From Vicugna vicugna (lineage: Eukaryota): a DNA stretch of 64,000 nucleotides. A model generated the notes under the pieces. It made no database searches. It was not told where the DNA came from and saw nothing but the letters and a program-made list of their open reading frames with translations. Shown here in pieces: positions 10,608 to 22,559 of this stretch. The stretch's first letter is position 1, and each line of letters starts with the position of its first letter. The stretch lies in contig MU057560.1 of assembly GCA_013265495.1 (NCBI GenBank), positions 186,001 to 250,000 of the forward strand, given 5' to 3'. Made by a program: the position numbers and the translations under genes.

Positions 10608-12984
10608 ATGATTATAATAATTATAAAGCCTATTTGATCCAACGGGATTTCCCATTTAGGGCGTCCTTACTTATGTAAAGATTTGATTTGATTTCATTTG
10701 ACTTATGATTTTCACAGTTTCCCATCAAGTAGGTATTTATTCTTGCAACCATTTTACCTGAAAGGAGTATCTGGGCTTGACGAGGTTAAGGCATTCCAGC
10801 GAGGTCACGGGGGAGCAGGGAGGGGAGCCCCCAGGCCTCCACGCCCCTCTCAGGGTGGGAAGATGCTTAATTCGAAGCCCCGCGTTGGCCTCTCCTCCCC
10901 CGGCTGGACGTGCAGAACTCGCGACAGACGTAGCAGTCAGTCGTGCTAAGGGGAATCACCGAGAAATCTCTCCTGAATGGGTAAGAAAACTAAGCCTTTA
11001 TTTTCAGGATTTTTAATTTTTTCTCTTCCTTTTTTGCAGCTAATTAATGTAGGAGAGCTGGACAGTCATCTCTGCATGTGGACCTTGGGCTTGTCCACAA
11101 CTCTTTCCATCTCAGGAAACAAAGTCAGGGGAAAAAGTGTGGTGAACTTTATTGGGGGGGGCATATTTTTCTCAGTACGAAACAGGAATTTTTAAAACCT
11201 TTTCTGGAGGACCAGGCTCGAGGTGCACGGGGCGTGATTACAGAGCGCGTCTGAGGGGGCATCAGTCCTCTCTCGGTGGGTCCACCTCCCGGGCCTCAGC
11301 CCCAGTGATGAACGCGCTGTGAGCTCACGAGTGAGAGAGATGCCGCAAACACGAGGAAGCCCTTCTGTGTGTGAGGGGAATTCACTTCCTGTGACGGCTT
11401 CTTTATGACCACAACTGCGCTGTCTGATTTTGAAAAAAGAATTCACTTCAAATATTTCCACTTATGGTCAAAAATCGATGCTGATGTTTTTAAAACCACT
11501 CTTTAGTCTATGTTTCCCCACCTTTATGGAGACGCAACCGACACAGAACGCTGTGTTAAGTTTCAGGCGTACCTTTTAAATCGACAAATGGCATGTGCCT
11601 TTAGAATCAATGAATCAAATGTCAAATTTTTCTTGAAGCAGATTTTTGTTTCTGGTTGCTACAGCTTGAGGCTTCCTAGGGGCAGGAGCCACTATTTCAA
11701 TGAAAAAAATTTAAGTGAAGGACTAAGGCCACCCGGGAGACCCGGTGTCAGGAGAGCAACACGGCGAACCACAGTGGAAAAAATTAAAGAGCCAACTTTC
11801 ACTTCCTTCCACGTTGATTCTGCGCACATCATTTCTGGGTTAACTTGATTACCTTCCTATTCTCTCATTTGACCATATCTGTATTTAAAAGGCCATCCAT
11901 TTTTATCCAAATTCAACAATGACACTTTAAGGGCACCTGGAAGGAGTTCCACACCAGTGAGTTTATAATGCCTGGTAGTGTTGCTAAGTACATGGACAGA
12001 CGCCATCGTATATAATTCTACCAGATTTCACAGTGGAAGTGAGATAAATCTCCTTTCACTGACATAAAACCACTGTAATTCTTCTAAAAGCCAAACAGCC
12101 AAACCCCAGAAAAGACTGAATAGCTCCAACACCACGAAAAGCTCCTATTTCTAACACTTCTGCTCTTTTAAAAAAATCTACTGTAGCGCATGGTCTTACC
12201 CACAGTGGAGGGGAAGCCTGGCTAATGGCAGCCAATGACACTTCACAAAATTGAAGTCCATCTTCCTAAAATTGTTGCTAGGCTCCAGCAGCCATTAATT
12301 TTCAGGTCCAGAAAAATTGTAGCTGGGCTGTCTTCCTGAATCAGCAATTGTTACGTGTGTGGAAAAAATGGGACTACCGTTTGCGTTTCTAATTCTGACT
12401 CAAGACACATGTATGCTTATAGCAAATTTTAGCAGAAGTGTGAGGAAGACTCTGGACTTGATGACCTCAGAGATCTACGTGGAGGAGAAAATGGACTTCA
12501 GAGGACATGCGTGGGTCATGGCTATGTTCGAAGGTGCATCAGGGATCCCTTTGGTGAAGACAGACCAGAGAGCTTGCTGCAAACTCTAAAGGCAACTCAC
12601 TCTACATCCTTTCCAAGTAACATTCTTTGAGTTGTGTTGTGGCTTCAGATCATTTTTGTCTATACATAAAATATAAACACAAAAAATGGACAAACTGAAT
12701 GTGTTTACATGCCATTTGAAGGTTTCACAAGGCTGCTTTTTAACAGAAATTAAATACAGAGGAATTAGGTCTTGTCGAGAGAAGGTGAAATTTTGTGTTT
12801 GTTTGGTAATAATAGATCAAGCAAAGCTTTCCAGTTTTGGTCAAACCCCACTCAAACTTTTCTTTCCATCTTCTCAGAGAAAGAGTCCAGTTTAGAGGTT
12901 AGCAATGGTACAAAGCCCGTGACCTAGACAAAGACACCTTACATCTTAGTGGTTCTGTTTGTACAAAAAAAGGAATGGGGGTAT

Positions 12985-13560
12985 ATCATGTATTAAGTGC
13001 CTGTCATGCGTGGGTGCTATATATTTTTTCTTAGGAAACATAATTTAGTATTCACATCACCCTATCATTCTTCTGATTGTTAATTTTATGTGTCAGCCTG
13101 GCTAGACTATGGTGCCTAAATATTTTTTAGTTGAGATTAACATTTAAATCAGTGTGGGTGGGCCTCATCTGATCAGCTAAAGACCTTAAGTGGTGAAAAG
13201 TTCCCTGAAAAGGAAGACATTCTGCCTCCAGACTGCTTCTGGATTTGAGATACAACATCAACTCTTTCCTGTGTGTCCAGACAGTCTCCATGCCCTAAAA
13301 TATTTGAATATGCCAACTCCTACAATTGTGTGACCCAATCCCTTAAAAGCTCTCTCTCTCTCTCTCTCCCCCCATCTCTTATGGTTCTGTTTCTCCTGAA
13401 AACCCCAACTGGTAGGTACAGTTATCTCTTATTATTCCTCGTTTACAATTAAGGAAACAGAAGCTCTGAGAGGTGACCTGACTTTCCCAAGATCACAAAG
13501 TGGAATCGATACCCAAGTTAGGACTTCATGCCCAGCTGCCTGCTGGAGTTGGGCTGCCAG
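12985..13560 (-). mobile_element. MIR SINE split in two by the MLT2 LTR
   Basis: Left part tattaagtgcctg...tattcacatcaccctat; right part attattcctcgtttacaattaaggaaacagaagctctgagaggtgacctgactttcccaagatcaca. Confidence 0.7.
13072..13420 (+). mobile_element. MLT2 (ERVL) solo LTR, internally deleted, with a (CT)n tract
   Basis: gttaattttatgtgtcagcctggctagactatggtgcc; gtgggtgggcctcatctgatcag; 3' end tggttctgtttctcctgaaaacccc; (CT)9 at ~13350-13368. Confidence 0.85.
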
Positions 13561-13889
13561 AGCAGCCTGGCTATGGCTATAATTTGTGGGACGAGATCCA
13601 CACAATCCAGCTGTTGGCATCAGGACAGTTACCCACAAGAAGCAAGCACCGGGTAAGAAAACCTTATTTGAAAGGACCACCTACTCTCCAAAAGCAGGAG
13701 AGGACTGTGGAGTTCTCTCTAATAGCTCCTTTGGGCGCAGAGGGATGGTTGGATCCATCAGAGGTTACTTAGGGTGCAGAGGGAATTTCGGAGAAAATTC
13801 GTGGAGATGGAGCAAATATGACACGCCCAGGGAACCACGTGTGACTAAATACAATTGGAAGCAATCTGGAAGTTAAGTGAAGAAGTCTA

Positions 13890-14120
13890 CGCTTGATTCA
13901 TGTATTTGTAAGATACTTACTGAACACTCAGGCTCAATGTGGAACTCTTTCATTATAAGGAGCAAGAATACGGAGGTCATAGTTTAGTGGGGAAGATGGA
14001 CATCAAATAAATTATTAACTTATCACAGGTGCGACGAATACTGTAGAGGTAACATTGCATAGGTCGAGAAACCAGACTTGTCCAGACTACCAGGAGATGC
14101 ACCCCGAAGGATGGGGTGTT
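13890..14120 (-). mobile_element. L2 fragment
   Basis: gattcatgtatttg...tacttactgaacac; ggaggtcatagtttagtggggaagatggacatcaaataaa. Confidence 0.55.
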
Positions 14121-14649
14121 TTACGGAGGAGGGCAATGGTTGTTAAACTGCTTCCCAGCATGAGCTACGCAGAGTAGACACGTTCCACTGCTTAATGGAG
14201 TGGTTTTGATTCTTTTTCAACTGGCAGAGGCAAATGTAATGAATGGAGAGGATTTTCTCACTTCCAGCTCTTCCTTCCATAATACATTTTTAATCATGAC
14301 ACCTGCTACTGCTCCTCTGTGCTGGCAGATGACAAATGAGCGAACAAGTTGCAGATGAATATTAATGAAAAACTTTAAATAGTGCAGCATACTTAATTAC
14401 TTACTTATTTCACGTCATCATTATTGTTTTGTTTTGTGGGACCAAGTGTTTGTTGTTGTTGCTGCTGTCTTTTAATGCACCCTAACCTCATCCTAGTTGA
14501 GAGGACAGAGGTAGCCATGCACCTGTCATGGTGTTCTGCCCTGTCAAACGCACCGAGGGCCAGTGCAAGGAACCCCGTGAAAGGCAGCAGGAGCCTTGCT
14601 CACTGTCCTCACAGGGAAGAAATGGGAGAGAAAATTAGGATTTACGTTG

Positions 14650-14810
14650 AATGGCCTTACTTGTCCTTTACAACAGCACAGGGAGGTGGGTACCAGCATT
14701 ATTCCTATTTGAGATGAGAAAAGTGAGACTTAGAGAGATTCAGTGACTTGCTCAAGATCAAACCAATAGCATGCGACAGACAGGTTGAAATTAAGCATTC
14801 TAATTCAAGA
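14650..14810 (-). mobile_element. MIR SINE
   Basis: attattcctatttgagatgagaaaagtgagacttagagagattcagtgacttgctcaagatca. Confidence 0.8.
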
Positions 14811-14886
14811 CGCCTGTGTTAAGTAGAATCAATAGAGTTCCTATTTATCTGTTTATCTATAACCTATTGCAACTTCTATCACTCTA

Positions 14887-14928
<42 letters not shown>
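14887..14928 (+). repeat. (TATC)10 tetranucleotide microsatellite
   Basis: Ten perfect TATC units plus TA, read directly. Confidence 0.97.
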
Positions 14929-15035
14929 GGCTGGAGAGAGAGTGAATTGACTCACGGAACTGTGGGGTTGGCAGGTCCAAATTCTTCATGGCAGGCCAGC
15001 AGACTGGAAACTCAGGCAGGGTTTCTATGTGACAT

Positions 15036-15125
15036 TCTCTCATCCAAGTACTAACCAGGCCCGATCCTGCTTAACTTCCGAGATTGGAGGAGACCGGGTG
15101 CGTTGAGAGTAGCATGGCCGTAGAC
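15036..15125 (-). pseudogene. 5S rRNA retropseudogene, nt 1 to ~90 (3'-truncated)
   Basis: Reverse complement gtctacggccatgctactctcaacgcacccggtctcctccaatctcggaagttaagcaggatcgggcctggttagtacttggatgagaga aligns ungapped to the 5' 90 nt of mammalian 5S; the last ~30 nt are absent. Confidence 0.95.
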
Positions 15126-16149
15126 TCCATGTTCCATTCTGGAAGAGAATTTCTACGTCTCTGGGAAACACCATTCTTTGCTCTCCAGGTCTTCAACTGA
15201 TGGGATGAGGCCCACCCGCATTATAGAGGGTGATTTGCTTTACTCAAAGTCTACAGATTGAAATGTTAATTACATCTAAAAAATAACTTCACAGCAACAT
15301 CCAGTCTCATGTTTGACCAAACCCCTGGGCAACAAAGGCAGAGTCAAGTTGGCAATAAAATTAATCAAAACTACACCTCCCCTTAAATGATTGGCTTGTA
15401 CCTCCTAAAACTTTGGCTTAGAATTGCTCAGACGGATGCTGACCTGGGCATGCGGTCTCAGGCACTTGCACGGACCATGTGTGGCTCATGCCATGTGAAG
15501 GGTTGACTCTTTTACAAGCACATTCTTCACTCAGTGTCTGACCCTACCCATCCTCATGAACTCTTTCCAGTTCTAATTGTCCCTCACTTTTGTTTCTTTG
15601 TTTTCTGGATTGGCCTCTCGCCCCACCCTGGTTCAGCGACACTGCCTCCACACCGGCTCTTTCTTACCCTCATCTTTGACCCTGGAGTGCTGCCCCGGGT
15701 GACCTTCTGTGGACCTTCTGCAGACCCCAGACTCCGCCCAGCCTAGTCTTCAGAGTCGCTGCATGACTCCCGCATTCTGGACAGATCTTCCCTCATATCA
15801 TCGCAACTTCCTGCAAACGGAGGCTTTTGAGAGGTGTGTTCTCGAGGGTCGTGCTGGGATGGCTCAAGGGAACTGCTTTCCAGACCTTCAATATTCATAT
15901 CACTCTTTCCTTAGTTGATCCACCCAAGGATGGACTTTCATTGAAAGGGAGATGTTACTTTTGAACTCCCCCTCTTCATAAGCCCCTTTCCACATTTTAT
16001 AAGAGAAAAGCATGAATCTCTTTTGTCCCTGAAGAGGTCAACCCCCTGAGACACCGAAGGAAGCATAGTCCAGTAATTCCTTTAATTAAAGCATCTAATT
16101 ATCCCCCAGCCCAATCCATCTCATTAAGAGACGCTTTTGCAATAAAAGT

Positions 16150-16400
16150 TTACTTTTTTATGTTAGTAATTACTCATAAAATTTTAATACCTTTATGTTT
16201 TACTGTTCACTTGTGTACTAATATTTTTAATAATAATTCAATCGGAATAAAATTGTAAGCATTTTATGCCTATGGTTGTAGGGATGTGCAAATATTAATT
16301 TAATTCTCATAGATGTTTTTATTGGAGTATGAGAGGGAGTGTCAATAAAAGCCTGCCAAGCACAAAAGTGTATTACGAAAAAAGATTCATGAAAAGCAGA
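16150..16400. mobile_element. Possible degraded hAT-Charlie fragment
   Basis: AT-rich block ending aaaagattcatgaaaagcag, loosely like Charlie termini; weak. Confidence 0.25.
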
Positions 16401-16984
16401 AATGAAAATACCAGCCCTGGTGAAAATGGAACAGTTGAAATGTTGGGCTGATAAGGAAGAGCTTGTTACATGACCAGCTCCTGTGGTACTTCCATCCCAT
16501 TGGATCCTTTCCAGAGTGATGTAGTAATTTTATTTTAAAGTACCCATGTTTCAATGTACTGGAATCCACTTCTTTTGCAACTATATAATTTAAAACAAAA
16601 TTTTAAAATATAGCAAGATACATGACACATTATGCGTATTTTTAAAATATCTTTAGTTGCATATGAACAAAAATTTGGAAGAATGCTGCCCTATCGGGAT
16701 GCTTCTCACCCCTCCCAGACCTCCAGCCACAGGACTCCACCCCGTGTCGCACATGCTGTGCCACGCGGCCATTCCACAGCATACTACCCACCTTGCCACA
16801 CCATGCGCGCCACGTCACCCAAGGCATGCTCTTGACCTTGTCAACCCCTGGTCATCTATGAAGACTCAGCGCAGGCTCTATGTCCCAGCAGTAATCCTGA
16901 CTGCCTCCAAGCATGGCTGTGAGTGATTCCAGGTGACGCAGCACATCCCTCTCTCATAGATGTGTTCACTTCACATTATATTTA

Positions 16985-17085
16985 GTTACATGTTCTTGAA
17001 AAATGAGACCTGTGTTACCTGTGTCTTCCCTGCATGATCTCACAGTGCCTGGTACAGAGAAGGGCTCAAGGAATAGAGTCGCACT
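16985..17085 (+). mobile_element. L2 3' end fragment
   Basis: tgttcttgaaaaatgagacctgtgt...ctcacagtgcctggtacagagaagggctcaag. Confidence 0.65.
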
Positions 17086-17389
17086 TCCTTGATGCAAACA
17101 CAGGGGAAAACCAGCCTGACAGCTGAGACCAGCTCTGAGGGTCCCATGTGGTGATCTGACCCTCGCGGGCCCAGAGGGGAGAGCTGGCTTTGTTCTGCCG
17201 AAGCATCTCTCAGGCAGGGGGCGAGGAAGCCAACTTACTGTGTGACACTTGATGATGGTCACTTAGTATGGACAAGGGCAGACATGCTTATTTTGCATCC
17301 TATACTAAACTCGTTCCAAAAAACATTTCATCTTTCTCTCTAATGTCTCACGAGATAATGAGCACGACCTTCTATTAGTGGTGCTAATT

Positions 17390-17582
17390 TAAGTGGCACA
17401 AAATAAAAGTTTGGATTTTGTAATCAGGTAACAGTTTGAAGCCTATGCCTGCCACTTAGTAACCTTCGGACACTGAACAAAGTGCAGAACCATTGTCATT
17501 CACCTCACACAGCTGTGAGTACTTGAGACCAGGCACACAGAGAACCTAATACATATGGCTGATGCCCAATAAGTGTTAGTTC
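17390..17582 (+). mobile_element. Degraded MIR
   Basis: ctgccacttagtaaccttcggacactgaacaaag...atatggctgatgcccaataagtgttagtt. Confidence 0.5.
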
Positions 17583-19699
17583 CTTGTGACTCACCCTCTT
17601 CTGAAAAGAAAGAAAGTGAGAATAGGGGATGAATTCTTGGAAGGCGTTCCAAAGATTTCAGGATTGAAGAATTTATTCCAGAATAACTTGTTCTTTAATA
17701 TTTGGTAAAATGAGAATCCAGTTGGAGATCAAAGCACACATCTGTGGACTTTCATTCACAAGATAAATAAATGAATTTTTGTCTCTGGACATTTGCTGGC
17801 TGCTCTGAAAGCCACTCTCCATGTGTCTGTTCCACTCTTCCAAGCACCCTGGGACCTGGCCAGGACAGTGCTTACTATCTATAATCCACAGATGCAAAAA
17901 TTGCTCAGTTGGAGGCACGGAATGCCTGAAGTCAAATAGACCTCAAGTTTTAAGCTGCTCTAAGAGATGTAATTTGGCAAATAAACACATTACCTTTTCA
18001 AGTGGGTTTTCTCCTCTTGTATCTCTCCGAATAGACTCTGGGAAGATATAAATCAGGAGTCTTGCCTGGGTCATATTTTAACCTGGGAAATGTCAAATGA
18101 TAATGATCAGAAGCAAAGAAATGGAAAAAAAAGTGAGCTTTTTAAAATTTGCTAATTGCTCACTTTGACTTTTCCTCCTTTCAACCTTGTGAAAGGAGTT
18201 CTATAAGAATATATGTGCAATAAGAAGGGAGTGAAATTTCTGCGGATCCTCTATGTGTCTGACAAATGGGTTAAACTCATTCTGTTCTTGGGCTGAGGCC
18301 AAATGACTTCAGAAAAAGAGCAAAATGTGGGCAAAGATGGAAGGTCTACTTCTTGAAAGATCACTGTCGAGCATGACTGATGGTTCTAAAAGGTGGCTCT
18401 GAATCCTCTGACATTTCTCCACTGAGAGGCGGGGTTGGTATGCCCTCCCCTTGATCTGACTGCCACCATGTGAAGGAGCCCACTTGGAACAGCCCATGAA
18501 AGCCCTTGCCAAAATTAGAGTGAAATAAAAGCTAAAGTCACCTTGTTTTGGGGACGATTTCTTATGAGGCAACAGTAAGTCAAATAGTGATTATCACTGC
18601 TTCAGTATCATCGCAGACCTAAGTTCGAAACAGTTTCAGCCCCCCTCTGTGAGTGTGAACGTAAGTGGAGAGTAACTGTCCAAACGGAGGACAGCAACGT
18701 ATCATTTCATTAGTTACGACATTTGGATGCCTCTTCCCTTTTCCATTATTTCTGCCTGATTTTCACGGAAAGCTAATATCCTGAAATTCTTCTTACAGTC
18801 TATCCAGGCAGCAGAAAGCCTCAATAAACAGAAGAGTAACAGACATTTATGCTCCAATGGGACTGCGAGTCTTGTACTTCATTTTGTCTGGGTGTGGAGA
18901 ATTGGGGTGAAGGGTAGAGAGTATGTTTTGGCTGAGTCCCCGTTATCCTTCGGTGCCAACTCTCTCCCTTCTCAATCCAGGACGGTCACAGCAAGTCTCA
19001 CCGCTGAGTCCTTGAGCAATCTCATAGCAAATCCCTTGGGCTAGATGCTGCGGGGAGATCGTTGGCTGGGAACGTCCGCATTTCCTAGCTGTGGGGCTAA
19101 AAATATTCAAAGGACACACGTGCCATGCTGGACATGATGTTCTCTTTGTAAATAAGAAAAACAATAATGGGAAAACCAATATAATGACTTGTCTTCAGCC
19201 CTGGAGGGAAAAGTGGAAGTGTAGCCTTTCCACGGATGGTTAAGTATGAGCAGAGTAGTCACCTGATCCCATGTAGCTTTTCTACATATTCAGCTAAGGT
19301 TTAGTTTCTCCACGCTTCTCTTTCTCTCTCTCTCTATTAATTTTCATAATGAAAGGAGGAAGTTTTCTTTTTTTTCAATAAACCACATTGGTTCATTTTA
19401 ATTTTGAGATAGATGTTTAATTTTAAAGGCTGTTTTATTAAAGGAGGATAGAAGGATAGAAGTAGTCATAAAATTCACATTATTCAGCCATCAATTGATT
19501 TTTTTTTAATTTTCAAGTTGTTGGAGTAGAGAGTCCACCCAGAGAATGGTGTAAGATCATAACATGGTCGAGTAGGGAACTAGTTTGTGTCTGTCTTTGA
19601 AATGAGTTGAAAATAAACGTTCCTTTCTGTGGGCATATGGTGATCCATTTTCAGTTATCCTTCTTTCTGGAAGATGACACCCTGCTGTTCCAGCCACAC

Positions 19700-19980
19700 T
19701 TAATTCATCTCAATATGTTATTAAAGTGTTGCAATTTGCATGGTCAAAGCTGACTCATCAAAACCACATCCATGCTCCAGCAGAGAAAGGGCAAGCCACT
19801 TGCTTTTCAGAAAGAGACACAGATACTGCCCACATCACTTCCACTCTCATTCCATTGGTACCAATTTGGCAAGAGCTTGGAAATGAAGTCTGTGGCTGGA
19901 TGATTGTTGCCCTGCTGAAATATGTAGAATAATATTACTAAAAGTAATAAAGGAAGAATAGATTTTGGAGAACCATGAAA
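19700..19980 (-). mobile_element. Old MLT1 (J/K-type) LTR fragment
   Basis: cacatcacttccactctcattccattggt...gagcttggaaatgaagtct. Confidence 0.55.
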
Positions 19981-20029
19981 AAAATCTCTGCTCTGATCAT
20001 GAACAATATATCAACAGTCTTGGAAAAAT

Positions 20030-20595
20030 AGAGCAACATGAGTGAAAGACTCTGGGTTCCTGTCCATCTTTGTGGAGCAGAGTCGCCTATTGGCTCTGCA
20101 CCATCTGACCTCTGTGTCTTAATTGGCTCAGACTGTTATATCAAAATGCCATAGCCTGGGTGGCTTAAACATCACAAATATGTTTTTCTCATAATGTTGA
20201 AGGCTGTAAAATCAAAACTCGAGGTCCAGTAGGATTTGGTTCCTGGTGAGGGCTCTCTTCCTGGTCTGCAGATGGTTGTGATCTCACTGTGTCCTCACAT
20301 AGTGGAAGGGAAGAGAGTGCTCTAAAGTCTCTTCCTTGTCTCTTCAAATAACAACACTAATTCACTAATTCCATCATTGGGGCCCCACCCTCATAGCCTC
20401 ATCTAAGCCGAATTACCTCTAAAGATCCCACCTCCAAATACCACCATTGAAGGTTAGGGCTTCAATATATGGATTTGGGGGGGGGACACAAATATTCAGT
20501 CCATAACATCCTGTCTTGTTATATGATAGAGAATAGAATCTCTCTGTGTTTGCATTTATTTGTTGTATCAGTTTAGCCTATTTTTTACAGAATAT
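20030..20595 (+). mobile_element. Old MLT1J-type LTR 3' part, interrupted by MLT1A0
   Basis: gagcaacatg...ctgggttcctg...gtggagcagagtcgcc on the left resumes as ttgttatatgatagagaatagaatctc...tttgttgtatcagtttagcct on the right. Confidence 0.55.
20115..20508 (-). mobile_element. MLT1A0-type MaLR solo LTR (full length)
   Basis: tgtcttaattggctcagactg...aaaatgccatagcctgggtggcttaaac...ggggggacacaaatattcagtccataaca. Confidence 0.9.
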
Positions 20596-21060
20596 ATGCT
20601 CCAAAACAAGAATATTGCTCCTGATATAGTTTACCCAGCATTGAACTGAGTAGGACAATTCCCACGTGAGTTCTAGAAGCTGTTCTATTAATGATGACAT
20701 CACAGTATTAACTTTGGGGGAAGAATTATATCACGTTGCTGCTCCTTACTAAGCTTGCTGTGGACTGAAATCTACAAGCCTGCCCATCAAAAGGTACTGC
20801 TCTATACAATTTTCTCCACAATAGCACTGGAGTCCTCTTCAATTTTTTTGGAAACTTCCACAGATTGGCATTAGATAATTCTCACATTAGTCATTTTGGG
20901 GATGACTGGCTCTTTGAAAGGGTTTATTTATTTTCTCTTTCCTGCTTCTCAAAGAAATGAGGAAACAAATGTACATTACCTTATAGTTCACTGTAAAAAG
21001 AAAAAATCTCTGGAACTATCTGATTCACACTTACTCAGAAAAAAAGGTTGTTTACTAAGT

Positions 21061-21497
21061 TGCTTTGGTTTTAATTGTGTTCCCCCAAAAGACATCCTGC
21101 ACCCCAGTACCTATAAATATGACCTTATTTGGAAATAGGGTCTTTACATATGAAATCAGTTAAGTTTAAATTAGGTCATACTCAATTAGAGCAGGCACTA
21201 ATCCAATGGCTTCCTTATAAGAGGAGGGAAATTATGACGTGCAGATGTAATGGGAGAATGCCATGCACAGGGGGAGGGAGGGATGGAGTGATGTGTCTCC
21301 AATCCAAGGTTGTCAGTGACAGCAGATGTTAGAAGAAACAGGGAAGGGTCCTCCCGTACACATTTCAGAGGGAGTATTGCCCTGCTGACACCTTGATGTC
21401 CTAGTTCTGGCCTCAGAACTGTGAGAAGATACTTTTCTATTGCTTTATGCCATCAAGTTTGTGATTGCTTGCCATGGCAACCCTAGGAAACTAACAA
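21061..21497 (+). mobile_element. MLT1C-type MaLR solo LTR
   Basis: aattgtgttcccccaaaagac...tgaccttatttggaaatagggtcttt...ccctgctgacaccttgat...ggcaaccctaggaaactaaca. Confidence 0.88.
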
Positions 21498-21499
21498 GT

Positions 21500-21645
21500 G
21501 ACTTTTGGGGTTTGGACAAGTCAGCCTCTCCCAACCTACTTAGGTCATCTCTGAAATTGGAGTAAAGATAGATGGCAGTGATGAAGAGGAAATGAAATAA
21601 CATGTGAAGCATCTCAACACATAGGATCTGACTCAGCGAGTGGTA
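21500..21645 (+). mobile_element. MIR fragment
   Basis: ttggacaagtca...tcatctctgaaattggagtaa...gaggaaatgaaataacatgtgaagca. Confidence 0.55.
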
Positions 21646-22559
21646 GCTCTCTCTGCAGCCTACAGACGGTGGGACTGGGGAGGCTGGGCAGAGAACTTTA
21701 TCTCCGTGTGTGGGTAGAGGCTTCCTTCACAGTTTTACAACCACCCACTCACCATCTGTGAAGATAATAGAAGTAACAGTAACTGTCTCTATTTTTATAA
21801 ACAAGGGCTTGGTAGTAAATATCCCCTCCATTCTCAAATTTGCATATCCCAGTATATTTCCCAGTAGTGCCTCATAACTGAGACAATCATGATAAAAATA
21901 TGTCCTTAATTTTTTAATCATATGTTGATCTGCAATAGTTTTGATTTTCCAAAAAAAAAGAGTAATTGAAAGAAGCCTTTGTCTTTCTGAAAAGTATAGA
22001 TGTATACCTATTTAATTAACTAAGCTCTTCCAATTAGGTCAACTCTATGTTTATTTCAAAACTATTTAACTAATAGCATAATGTGATTGCATAAGCAGAG
22101 GCTACAAAAAAAGATAAAAAGCAATTTCTTAGGAACAACTCCAACAAGGATGTGGGTATTTCCATGGAAAAGGCTCAATGAAACATTTATTTAGTTATTT
22201 ATTTTCATAGTGATGTGACAACACTGCATATTTTTGTGGACAGAAAATACTTTCTTTTGAGGGCAGAAAGTATAAAATGGAAACAAAAGGAAACTGTCAA
22301 AAAGTCCCATCAATATGACAGATGCTGTGTGGGGAGGTTTGAGTTTTTACTTCTGGATGGGTGAGCCTAAGTTCTTCATTTTATAATGGAGAAACCATGA
22401 ACATTAAATCATTTAGAATTCCTGACATTACTCATCTGCTAAGTGGAAAAACTAGAATTTGAATCTGAGTCTTCTGACTCCATTATATCTTATGACCAAA
22501 AGGATTCTTATGATGGAACTTGCTATGTTCAGTCCAACTGAGAAATGAATGGCAGGAAG

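Larger units (their letters stand above)
14815..15375 (-). mobile_element. MLT2D-type (ERVL) solo LTR
   Basis: ggccagcagactggaaactcaggcagggtttctatg; cttcaactgatgggatgaggcccacccgcattatagagggt; ttcacagcaacatccag...tgtttgaccaaa; gtcaagttggcaataaaattaa. Confidence 0.88.

Noticed and set aside
15036..15125. Functional 5S rRNA gene
   Set aside because: Lacks the 3' ~30 nt and terminator, has many substitutions, and is a solitary copy inside an LTR
13072..15375. Two MLT2 LTRs ~1.4 kb apart as a possible provirus
   Set aside because: Opposite orientations, and the interval holds MIR/L2 sequence rather than ERVL internal sequence
16720..16830. Degenerate CCACA/GCCAC repeats
   Set aside because: Low-complexity decayed simple repeat without a consistent period
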